DNA of 64,000 nucleotides from Candidatus Levyibacteriota bacterium (GTDB lineage Bacteria; Patescibacteriota; Microgenomatia; Levybacterales; UBA12049), in the NCBI GenBank assembly GCA_029260965.1, contig JAJDCG010000001.1, positions 445,803 through 509,802 on the forward strand, read 5' to 3'. Each line of letters opens with the position of its first letter. Position 1 is the stretch's first letter. The notes under the pieces were generated by a model. That model worked only from the letters and a program-made list of their open reading frames with translations, did not search any database and was not told the origin of the DNA. The position numbers and the translations under genes were made by a program. Shown here in pieces: positions 37,130-45,534 of this stretch.

Positions 37130-37690
37130 CTGCCACTTCTTTATGTAACAGGGGGGAGTGCCGGGGCGCATGGAGTTAATGTTCTTATCGAGGGGTGTCT
37201 AGAAGTGCTCCTTAAAAATTACAATATTATTCACCAGACAGGTGATGCACAAGAGTTTAAAGATTTTGATCGACTTAAAAACCTGAAAAACACATTGCCG
37301 AAAGATTTGCAAGAAAGGTATTTTTTAACAAAATTTGTAGACCCACAGGATATTTCAGGAATTTTGGAAAAAGCGGATCTTGTGATAAGTCGTTCGGGGA
37401 TAAATACGGTAACTGAAATCCTTTATTTTGGAAAACCATGCATTTTGATACCACTTCCTCATAGTCAGGCTCAAGAGCAAGAGATAAATGCTAGATTTGT
37501 TCAGGATCAAGGTCTTGGATTGGTGGCAGATCAGGGTAGCTTAAATCCAGAAAAATTAACAGCCATTATCCAGACGGTTTCAGGAAATCTTGATAAGTAT
37601 AAGAAAGCTGCAAAAAAGACGAAAAGTTTAATCAAAGAGGATGCATCTGATAGGATTATAAGTGTTGTTAAAAAATGCGTGAAAAAATAA
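37130..37690 (+). CDS. murG: murG C-terminal segment (frame +2 relative to the N-terminal segment); the frame is open from 37130 and the track lists it from 37205
   Basis: The frame upstream of the track ORF reads VDLPLLYVTGGSAGAHGVNVLIEGCLEVLLK..., i.e. the conserved second G-loop GGSxGA of the MurG C-domain. Confidence 0.75.
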   Translation: MPLLYVTGGSAGAHGVNVLIEGCLEVLLKNYNIIHQTGDAQEFKDFDRLKNLKNTLPKDLQERYFLTKFVDPQDISGILEKADLVISRSGINTVTEILYFGKPCILIPLPHSQAQEQEINARFVQDQGLGLVADQGSLNPEKLTAIIQTVSGNLDKYKKAAKKTKSLIKEDASDRIISVVKKCVKK

Positions 37691-38109
37691 AAAGAAAAAA
37701 AAATTTAAGAAAAAATCAAAAATTCGAAAAAGTATTTATTATTATTGTTGTTGTCGTATCAATCGTTTTGGGAATAGGTAGCTTTTTTTTATTTCAACAA
37801 ATTAACAGTAGTTATAAATACCTCAGTCCCCTTGCAAACAGTTCTTCGATGACAGATGAATCAAGAGAAGTTAAAAAAAGTCAGGTAGAAGAATTGCTTT
37901 TGAAACAAAAAATAAAGTTTGATAGTGTGTCTGCATCAAGTAGCGCGATAATTGTGCAGTTTGAGGATGATTCTGTCGCGATTTTGTCAACTAAAAAAGA
38001 GATGAAAAAACAAATATCCTCTTTACAATTCATACTTACTAGGCTTACAATGGAAGGTAGGTCGTTTACACGACTTGATATGCGTTTTGACAAGCCAGTC
38101 ATACGTTAG
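37675..38109 (+). CDS. ftsQ: short FtsQ/DivIB-like bitopic protein (tentative)
   Basis: Basic N-terminus, one TM, small extracytoplasmic domain. Position between murG and ftsA. Weak sequence evidence. Confidence 0.4.
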   Translation: MREKIKRKKNLRKNQKFEKVFIIIVVVVSIVLGIGSFFLFQQINSSYKYLSPLANSSSMTDESREVKKSQVEELLLKQKIKFDSVSASSSAIIVQFEDDSVAILSTKKEMKKQISSLQFILTRLTMEGRSFTRLDMRFDKPVIR

Positions 38110-38119
38110 TTTTTTTGTT

Positions 38120-39421
38120 ATGAATGATGGAAAAATAATAGTCGGAATTGACGTTGGGACGTACAAGATAGTAACTGTAATAGCACGAGTAACAGAGGAT
38201 TCTATCAATGTGCTTGGTGCATCTGAAGTCAAATCACAGGGAATTAAAAGAGGCCAGGTAGTTGACATTGAAGAAGCGGTAGTTGCTATAAATAATTCAC
38301 TGGAAGGTGCGGAGCGAATGGCTGGATATAGTGCTTCGCATGTAATTGTATCCTTGAGTGGTTCACAAATTGAATGTCAAAATTCTCGTGGGGTTGTGGC
38401 TGTCTCGACGCCAGAGGGTGAAATAACAAGTGCAGATCTAGCGCGGGTAATAGATGCTGCAAAAGCCGTATCTGTCCCATCTACTCGTGAGATAATTCAT
38501 GTTCTTCCCAGGAGTTTCATAGTTGATGGCCAGGAAGGCATCAAAGATCCTGTTGGGATGTCAGGAACTAGACTTGAGGTTGATACCCATATCATTACTG
38601 CAAATAGTGTCTCAATCCGCAATCTGGAAAAGGCTTTTTCAGAGGTGGGTGTTGATGTTGATAGTTTTTCTCACTCAGGTTATGCCAGTTCTCTTGCAAC
38701 ACTTTCCGATACTGAGCGTGAGCTTGGGGTAGTATTGGTTGATATGGGAGCTGGAACTACAGATATTTCTATATATGTTGATGGGTCTGTTGCCTATTCA
38801 TCAGTACTCGCAATAGGCGCGCGTCACGTTACAAATGATTTGGCTATAGGGCTGAGGATCTCGATTGAGTCAGCTGAGAGAATAAAGCTTTTCCTGTCAG
38901 AGGCTACCTCAGGTAGAAAAGTAATTCGCGTTGGGGATGAAAAAGAAGATGAAGAGGGTCATCAATCAAATCCTGATGAGATAGATCTTACATCTTTAAA
39001 TCTTTCAGAAGAGATACGTAAAGTCTCAAAAAAAACTTTAGTAGAAGGCATTATCAGGCCTAGGCTAAATGAGATTTGTACGATGATAGGTATGGAGATC
39101 AGAAAATCAGGTTTTGGAGGACAGACGCCTGCTGGGGTTGTGATAACGGGTGGGGGTGCACTCACGGTTGGTATCAAGGAGGCAGCGCGTCGTACTCTAG
39201 CTATGCCAGTGAGGATAGGTGTTCCGACTGAGGTAAAAGGTATTATTGACGAGGTGCAGCATCCTGCATTTTCGACAAGCATCGGTCTTATCCGTTACGG
39301 TGCCAGTAACGTTAGGGCTTCCAAATCTTCTTTCCACTTGCCAATTCCTGGTGTATCCAAACTCGGCGGACAGAAATTTTTCAAAAAAGTTCTCAACCTC
39401 ATAAAATCATTTATACCTTAG
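38120..39421 (+). CDS. ftsA: cell division protein FtsA
   Basis: [30 protein letters not shown], actin-fold motifs [24 protein letters not shown]. Confidence 0.9.
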   Translation: MNDGKIIVGIDVGTYKIVTVIARVTEDSINVLGASEVKSQGIKRGQVVDIEEAVVAINNSLEGAERMAGYSASHVIVSLSGSQIECQNSRGVVAVSTPEGEITSADLARVIDAAKAVSVPSTREIIHVLPRSFIVDGQEGIKDPVGMSGTRLEVDTHIITANSVSIRNLEKAFSEVGVDVDSFSHSGYASSLATLSDTERELGVVLVDMGAGTTDISIYVDGSVAYSSVLAIGARHVTNDLAIGLRISIESAERIKLFLSEATSGRKVIRVGDEKEDEEGHQSNPDEIDLTSLNLSEEIRKVSKKTLVEGIIRPRLNEICTMIGMEIRKSGFGGQTPAGVVITGGGALTVGIKEAARRTLAMPVRIGVPTEVKGIIDEVQHPAFSTSIGLIRYGASNVRASKSSFHLPIPGVSKLGGQKFFKKVLNLIKSFIP

Positions 39422-39491
39422 ATTTTCCTATATTTTTCTCTATTGCATTTGGTATCCACATCTGGTAGGATTTGGTCAAACTAAACACTAT

Positions 39492-40670
39492 ATGTTAATT
39501 CGTCCTCAATCAACAAATTCTGCCAAAATAAGAGTTGTCGGTATTGGCGGTGGGGGTACCAATGCGATTAATTCTATGATTGCCAATAGTTCCATAAGTG
39601 GTGTTGATTTCGTCGCTATCAACACAGACTCCCAAGCACTTCTTTTGAACAAAGCCGATTCCAAAATCCAAATAGGTGAGAATATTACCAAGGGTCTCGG
39701 ATCAGGAGGAGATCCAGAGATGGGAAGACAAGCAGCTGAAGAATCAGCAGAAAAAATAAAGAATATGCTTGAGGGATCAGACATGGTTTTTCTCACAGCA
39801 GGTATGGGTGGAGGAACAGGGACAGGAGCAACATCTGTTGTCGCCAGCATTGCAAAGGAAATAGGAGCACTGACAGTAGTTGTTGTAACCAAGCCGTTTC
39901 TTTTTGAAGGGACTCGTCGCATGGTTACAGCAGAAGAAGGTCTGGAGAGTCTTAAGGACAAAGCAGACACACTCATAGTTATTCCTAACCAGAGAATATT
40001 AGATGTGGTGGACCGTAAGCTCTCGCTTCTGGATGCATTCAAAGTGGCTGATAGCGTACTTACACAGGGAGTTCAGGGAATATCAGAAATAATTACACAA
40101 CCAGGACTTATAAATGTTGATTTTGCTGACGTACGCACGATTATGTCTGATGCTGGATCATCATTGATGGGGATTGGGTCTGGAATTGGTGAGAACAGAG
40201 CAGAATCAGCAGCGCGTGCAGCTATTTCAAGTCCGCTACTTGAGCTTTCTATGGATGGAGCTCGTGGGGTTCTTTTCAACATAGTCGGTGGTGAGGATCT
40301 AACCATGACAGAGGTTGATGAGGCAGCAAAGATTATTTCCAATGCAGCAGATCCAGATGCAAATATTATATTTGGTGCAACTATTGACGAGACCATGCAT
40401 GACCAGATCCGCATCACGGTGGTGGCAACTGGATTTGACCAGAACAAACAGCGACTGCAACAGTTCATGGTAGAACAGCCTGATCCACAGGTAGTCAGAA
40501 ATCAACAGGGAGCAAATCAAAACCAGAACCCATCCCAACAGGCAGTAGGTGAAAATGGGTCATCTGAGGATCAGGATTCTGGTAATAATGGAGATCCAGT
40601 AGTTACTAAAAAAGAAGAAAGCACAGAAGACGATTGGGACATCCCCGCATTCCTGAGGCAAAGGAATTAG
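39492..40670 (+). CDS. ftsZ: cell division GTPase FtsZ
   Basis: [28 protein letters not shown]; C-terminal tail [10 protein letters not shown]. Confidence 0.95.
   Translation: MLIRPQSTNSAKIRVVGIGGGGTNAINSMIANSSISGVDFVAINTDSQALLLNKADSKIQIGENITKGLGSGGDPEMGRQAAEESAEKIKNMLEGSDMVFLTAGMGGGTGTGATSVVASIAKEIGALTVVVVTKPFLFEGTRRMVTAEEGLESLKDKADTLIVIPNQRILDVVDRKLSLLDAFKVADSVLTQGVQGISEIITQPGLINVDFADVRTIMSDAGSSLMGIGSGIGENRAESAARAAISSPLLELSMDGARGVLFNIVGGEDLTMTEVDEAAKIISNAADPDANIIFGATIDETMHDQIRITVVATGFDQNKQRLQQFMVEQPDPQVVRNQQGANQNQNPSQQAVGENGSSEDQDSGNNGDPVVTKKEESTEDDWDIPAFLRQRN
40641..40670. repeat. left copy (ftsZ 3' end) of an imperfect 30-bp direct repeat; partner at 44283..44312
   Basis: atccccgcattcctgaggcaaaggaattag versus atccccgcatttctaagacagagaaattga: 23/30 identical. 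Both encode IPAFLRQRN*. Confidence 0.85.
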
Positions 40671-41647
40671 CTTAGTTCTTCAATCAGGCTTTTGTGCCCC
40701 AAGCTTATCCAATATTCTGTTTCTTTAGTATCGTTCCTGTTTATATACTTTTCTTGGTAACCTCCGAGGAGCTCCATTGCAACACCAGCTACTGTGTAAT
40801 CGTATAGCCATTTTCGTTCCTGTGGAGTTAATTTATTAAATTTATCATACTCATTTGCTATTAGCTCTATGCGGCTTCTCAGTGTCATTACGCTATTGTC
40901 ATCATGCATGAGATTTGCTGCTATTACTGCAATTTCTTGAATTCGTGGATACCAGTTAGCTACAGAAAAATCTAAAATATAAATATCTCCTTTTTTGCTC
41001 TTCAAGACATTCGCTTTTGTAAAATCTCCATGGACAAATGCATGTGGTAAATCGTCAGCGGGGATTGACTTATATCTTTTTATTGTTTGTTCTACGAGAG
41101 GTATGTCTTCTGGTTTTAAGTATTGTTTTGTTTTATCAAACAGTATTTGAATATTTGGGATTGCCCAACTATCGAAAATATATGTTGGTTTGTAGTCAAT
41201 TTTATTCACTTTTGCAGCTTGTTCAATAATTGATTTTCTTTCTTCATTATTTGGGGGACGATTTAGCTCAAAAAAAGTATTCCCATCTATATAATCCATT
41301 AATATAAGATTTAATCCGTTTGCTTGTTTGTCCGAATAAACAATACCACCATCGTGTTTTTGGAGGAGAGATGGGTGATTAACTCCAGAGGCGATTGCCC
41401 GTTCCATGATGGTGGTGTATCGATCTATATCCTCTGGAGTTCTGTCTTTCTGAAAGATTTTTGCTAGGTATTTATCTTTCCCTACATATATTATGACATT
41501 GCAGTCTTCATATCCAACTTCAATAACAGAAAAATCATCAGGTATTCCTATCGTATACGCTTTACTAAGTCTGTTGATAACTGGTTTGAGGTCTCCTGAA
41601 TAATTAAGTCTATTTATAGGCGTTCTTTTATTAATTTTTCCTGTCAT
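40667..41647 (-). CDS. phosphotransferase (APH/choline-kinase-like) family kinase
   Basis: YLAKIF (beta3 Lys), [12 protein letters not shown] (Brenner HGDxxxxN catalytic loop), [10 protein letters not shown] (metal-binding D). Confidence 0.7.
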   Translation of the reverse strand: MTGKINKRTPINRLNYSGDLKPVINRLSKAYTIGIPDDFSVIEVGYEDCNVIIYVGKDKYLAKIFQKDRTPEDIDRYTTIMERAIASGVNHPSLLQKHDGGIVYSDKQANGLNLILMDYIDGNTFFELNRPPNNEERKSIIEQAAKVNKIDYKPTYIFDSWAIPNIQILFDKTKQYLKPEDIPLVEQTIKRYKSIPADDLPHAFVHGDFTKANVLKSKKGDIYILDFSVANWYPRIQEIAVIAANLMHDDNSVMTLRSRIELIANEYDKFNKLTPQERKWLYDYTVAGVAMELLGGYQEKYINRNDTKETEYWISLGHKSLIEELS

Positions 41648-44282
41648 AGTGTAATTATATCAAGATATACTTAAATTATCTAACGGGAAGACATTTGTTA
41701 TAATTAATCCGATGAAGAATAACATTTTATATATCCTAACAGGGAGGTCGTCTACTGGGAAATGATGCTACTCACCCAGACCCGAGTGATGAAGGCGTAT
41801 CAATGGAGGAGGCAAGGGACGTAATACAATTTTTAGATTATTTAACTGAATATCTTTTTGACCTTCCCAAAAGGATTACTGATTATAGAAACCGATCGGA
41901 AAGAGAATAAAAATATCTCATAATAAATTAGCTAGCCTTGAGAGAATTTTAATCTATATAATTTAGCCTCAAATATATGTCGTACTAGCTCCATTATGCG
42001 ACATAAATTAGGAATGCGAATAAATACTTTGTTTACAATATTACTTCTGAAAAGAGACAGCAATGATGATATAATTTGCTAAATGTCCATACAGAAACAA
42101 GTAAAAATAAATAATGCTAGCGTAGAGCAAGCTGGCTTATCAAGAGATTTTTCAGCAGACATAGCGGAATTCATTTGGAATGGATTCGATGCAGGAGCAA
42201 GTGAGGTAAGAATTGCTTATATAATAAATGAAATTAAAGGGGTAGAATCTTTATCTATTGAAGATAACGGAGAGGGAATTGATTACTCTACAATAGAGAA
42301 AACGTTTGGAATTTTATTAGACTCAAGTAAGAGTTCTCTTGCGGGATCATCATCATACGTTCACGGCAAAAGAGGAATTGGGCGTTTTTCTTTTAAGTAT
42401 TTTGCTCACATTGCAGAATGGATTAGTGTTTTCAAAAAGGATAATAAAAAATATCGTTTTTCTATTAAAATCTCAGCAGACAATAAAGAAAAGTATTCTA
42501 TATCAGATGATCTGGAAGATGTTAAAGATGTTGACATTTCTACCGGATGCAGGGTGAACTTTTCAGTTCTTAACGATTCTTCCGTTAATGAGTTAGTCAC
42601 CCCTTCATTCATTGAATCATTGAGGAGAGAATTCGGTTGGTATCTTCATCTGAATAAAGAACGAGGGTTTAAGCTGTTTATAAATGATAAGGTTTTGGAC
42701 TATGAATCAAGCATTATAGATAGTGACGAAAAGAAGGTAAAAATATCTCATGGTAAAGAATCCTATATCTTTGGCTTAAATTATATTGAATGGAAGAAGA
42801 ATACAGGAGATGATTATTATTATAATTATTTTCTAGACACAAACTATATAGAAAAAGGCAAAAAAACAACCTCGTTCAATAAAAATGGGATTAATTTTCA
42901 TCATAGCGTTTATATAGTTAGTAGTTTTTTTGAAAATTACAGTCCATCATCAAACAAGCAGGAAAATAAAAGTAGTTTGTTTGAAGACGATTTTATTTTT
43001 AAGGAGCTTAATAAGGAGCTGCACCTTTTCTTACAAGAAAAACAAAAGAAATTTATAAATAGAAATGCGGAAATTTTAATACAGGAGCTTGAACAGGAAA
43101 AAGTTTTCCCTGAATTTGAAAATAATGAATTAGGAGAAGACAGAAAAAGAGAATTTGTTAACTTAACAAAATCACTTTATCGTTTAGAGCCAAAGTTATT
43201 TATAAAGGTGAGCCCCTTACAAAAAAGATCGTTTCTTTCTTTTCTAAAACTTTCGATTGACTCAAATGAAAGAGAAAATGTAGTAAAAATTATTGAATCT
43301 ATTGTTGATATGACAGCAGAAGAAAGGGCAGAGCTTGCAAAAATATTGCAAGTTACAACTTTAAGCAATATAGTTTATGTTATGAAAGATATTGTAGGTA
43401 GAATAAAAAATGTAGAAATACTTAAAAGCCTAGTTAATGATTTTGAAAAGTATACTAACGAAAGAGATAATATTCAAAAAATAATGGAGAAATGTTTCTG
43501 GTTATTTGGAGAACAATATACTGTTGTTTCATCAGACAAGAGTTTTACCTCGGCTTTGCAGAAATATTACATAGACATATTGAATGAAGATTTATCTCAT
43601 GAATTAAAATTATCTCTAGATCATAAGGATAGTAAAAAAAGACCAGACCTATTCCTTTGCAGGCAATATCCCCTCACCCAGACGCCTACACGCCTTTCTG
43701 AAGACAATATAATTATAGAATTAAAAAGACCAAGTGTAGATATAGGCATTACTCAAATGAGGCAATTAGAGGATTATATGGATTTTATAGTTAAGAGTTC
43801 AAATTTTAGTGGCACAATTCGCAACTGGAAATTTTATATTGTTGGTAAAAATTTAACAGGTGAGGTACAAGCTCGTGTTGATGAGAATAAAAATAAAGGA
43901 GAAGAGCAATTTCTTTATCTAAGAATAAAGAATTTTGCTATATATGCATTGAATTGGGATGATTTATTCCAGTCATTTAAGTTAAAAGCTGGATTTATCC
44001 TTAGCAAACTAGATATAAAAACAGAAGTGATAATTGATGAATTAAAAAAGGAGAATATATCGCCGGCAGGCATGCCTGATTATTTGACAAAAATAGTATC
44101 TAATGAGAAATCTGTTTCTTCTCCTCCCGCAAATCCTATGTAATTAGTGTTCGGATAGTTTAGTATTGACTTAGATGTTTTTCTCTGTTAAATTCTACTT
44201 GTACTTTGATGACATAGAAAGGCTATTTATTCAAAGGTGCTTTTTGGAAAACCTGAAGCGAGACATGGGGTTTGTCTATAAA
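40671..44282. mobile_element. putative integrated accessory segment (about 3.6 kb) between the two ftsZ-3'-end repeats; carries the APH-like kinase and the GHKL-nuclease gene; no integrase present
   Basis: Flanking imperfect direct repeat of the 3' end of a protein-coding gene. Accessory-type cargo. Removing the segment gives a convergent ftsZ -> <- HK arrangement. Confidence 0.4.
42083..44143 (+). CDS. 686-aa fusion protein: N-terminal GHKL (Bergerat-fold, MORC/MutL-like) ATPase, helical middle region, C-terminal PD-(D/E)xK nuclease-like domain
   Basis: ADIAEFIWNGFDAGASEVRI (motif I, ExxxNxxDA), IEDNGEGIDYSTIEKTFG (motif II, DNGxG), HGKRGIGRFS (motif III, GxxGxG). C-terminus: KKRPDLFLCRQ...NIIIELKRPSV...QMRQLEDY (D...ExK...Q). 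Confidence 0.65.
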   Translation: MSIQKQVKINNASVEQAGLSRDFSADIAEFIWNGFDAGASEVRIAYIINEIKGVESLSIEDNGEGIDYSTIEKTFGILLDSSKSSLAGSSSYVHGKRGIGRFSFKYFAHIAEWISVFKKDNKKYRFSIKISADNKEKYSISDDLEDVKDVDISTGCRVNFSVLNDSSVNELVTPSFIESLRREFGWYLHLNKERGFKLFINDKVLDYESSIIDSDEKKVKISHGKESYIFGLNYIEWKKNTGDDYYYNYFLDTNYIEKGKKTTSFNKNGINFHHSVYIVSSFFENYSPSSNKQENKSSLFEDDFIFKELNKELHLFLQEKQKKFINRNAEILIQELEQEKVFPEFENNELGEDRKREFVNLTKSLYRLEPKLFIKVSPLQKRSFLSFLKLSIDSNERENVVKIIESIVDMTAEERAELAKILQVTTLSNIVYVMKDIVGRIKNVEILKSLVNDFEKYTNERDNIQKIMEKCFWLFGEQYTVVSSDKSFTSALQKYYIDILNEDLSHELKLSLDHKDSKKRPDLFLCRQYPLTQTPTRLSEDNIIIELKRPSVDIGITQMRQLEDYMDFIVKSSNFSGTIRNWKFYIVGKNLTGEVQARVDENKNKGEEQFLYLRIKNFAIYALNWDDLFQSFKLKAGFILSKLDIKTEVIIDELKKENISPAGMPDYLTKIVSNEKSVSSPPANPM

Positions 44283-44312
44283 ATCCCCGCATTTCTAAGA
44301 CAGAGAAATTGA
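44265..44312 (+). CDS. 15-codon mini-[18 protein letters not shown] whose last 9 codons and stop copy the FtsZ C-terminal tail; probably the displaced original ftsZ 3' end
   Basis: Read directly. Could be a non-expressed att-like remnant. Confidence 0.25.
   Translation: MGFVYKIPAFLRQRN
44283..44312. repeat. right copy of the imperfect 30-bp ftsZ-3'-end direct repeat
   Basis: See 40641..40670. Confidence 0.85.
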
Positions 44313-44315
44313 GCT

Positions 44316-45443
44316 TTACTTCCCCCGGGGTTTTTTGGTGATAGGGAGTTCTATTGTGAATGTCGATCCTGCTCCTTCACGGCTTTGGATTTTTATATTT
44401 CCACGATGTGCCTTTATTATTTGTGACGTGATATAGAGCCCGACACCCAGGCCTTTGTGTCCGTTGGCATTTCCACGTTCAAATCTTTCAAAAATCCGTT
44501 CCTTTTCATCTGTAGGTATACCTATTCCCTGATCAATAACTGTAATATACGCATTTGATCTACGTTTTTCAGTTCTTATTTCAATGGGTTTCCCCTCGCC
44601 ATATTTGATTGCGTTTGCGAGCAGGTTGCTTATAGCTTGTTCAATTCTTAGTTTGTCCCAGTAGCCATTGATTGGTCCCTTGATATCCAATTTTATTTTA
44701 TATCCATCATGTTTGATTTTTTCACTAAATCTATCTGCTACATCTTTGGTTAGTTTCGCAATGTCAATTTCTTCCTTTTCCAGGCTCAGCTTGCCTGTTG
44801 TGATGAGAGAGACGTTGAGAAGATCGCTTATCATACGTGAGAGACGAAGCGATTGTTGCTCAGTGCTTTCAAGCATTTTCATCAGCTTGGCAACGGAGAA
44901 ATTGGCAAGTGAGACACTTTTTATATTATGTAGCGCAGTCTGGAGCTGGAGGAGCATAGCTGAGAGCGGTGTTTTGAGTTCATGGGAAGCGATAGATAGG
45001 AATTCATCTCTGGCCTGGATTTCTTTTTTGTCTTTTATTTTTTCAGCCTGAAGCTTCTCGATTAGTGCTAGATTTTCCTTCTCTCTTTTTTTGAATGCAG
45101 CGGATTCATTCGTATTTGCTAGTTTGTCGATTAAGAGGCAGGTAATGTAACCAGCAATTATAAAAATTACAGTCCGTACCAAAAATACCGCGAAGCTGGA
45201 AGAAGAGTTATTTGGGAAAAAGAAAAAGTAGTATGAGCCAAGCGTGATGAGTATTATGCTAAAGATTCCAGCGCGTATTCCCCTTAGATAAGCAGCAATC
45301 ACTATTGCCAGGAAGTTGAAAGCAAAAAAATTATCTCCAGTAATTGGTAAAAAAGCCCATGTAAGACCAATTGAAGCAATACCTATGAATGTTGCAACTC
45401 CATAAGTATTGAAAAAATTACGTACGTTTTCTTTACTTATCAT
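44316..45443 (-). CDS. sensor histidine kinase (membrane-anchored, HisKA + HATPase_c); no response regulator nearby
   Basis: ASHELKTPLSAM (H-box), LLANAIKYGEG (N-box), DQGIGIP (G1), GLGVGLYI (G2); N-terminal TM bundle. Start set at MISKEN so that it does not overlap ileS. Confidence 0.8.
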   Translation of the reverse strand: MISKENVRNFFNTYGVATFIGIASIGLTWAFLPITGDNFFAFNFLAIVIAAYLRGIRAGIFSIILITLGSYYFFFFPNNSSSSFAVFLVRTVIFIIAGYITCLLIDKLANTNESAAFKKREKENLALIEKLQAEKIKDKKEIQARDEFLSIASHELKTPLSAMLLQLQTALHNIKSVSLANFSVAKLMKMLESTEQQSLRLSRMISDLLNVSLITTGKLSLEKEEIDIAKLTKDVADRFSEKIKHDGYKIKLDIKGPINGYWDKLRIEQAISNLLANAIKYGEGKPIEIRTEKRRSNAYITVIDQGIGIPTDEKERIFERFERGNANGHKGLGVGLYITSQIIKAHRGNIKIQSREGAGSTFTIELPITKKPRGK

Positions 45444-45534
45444 ACGTTTATTGATATCCACAATATAGCACAAATACCCTAAAAGTCCAGTAGTGAGCTT
45501 GAATAAATTGGGAATTTGAACTAGAATTAAGCAT

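Noticed and set aside
37130-37204. Considered that the murG C-terminal half is an independent gene starting at GTG 37205, as in the ORF track.
   Set aside because: The conserved GGSAGA nucleotide-binding loop is encoded upstream of 37205 in that same frame, starting at 37130. The two halves are therefore one gene broken by a frameshift.
44321-44338. CCCCCGGGG followed by TTTTTT, which resembles an intrinsic terminator.
   Set aside because: It lies inside the histidine-kinase coding frame, which on the minus strand reads ...TKKPRGK*. It is not an intergenic terminator.
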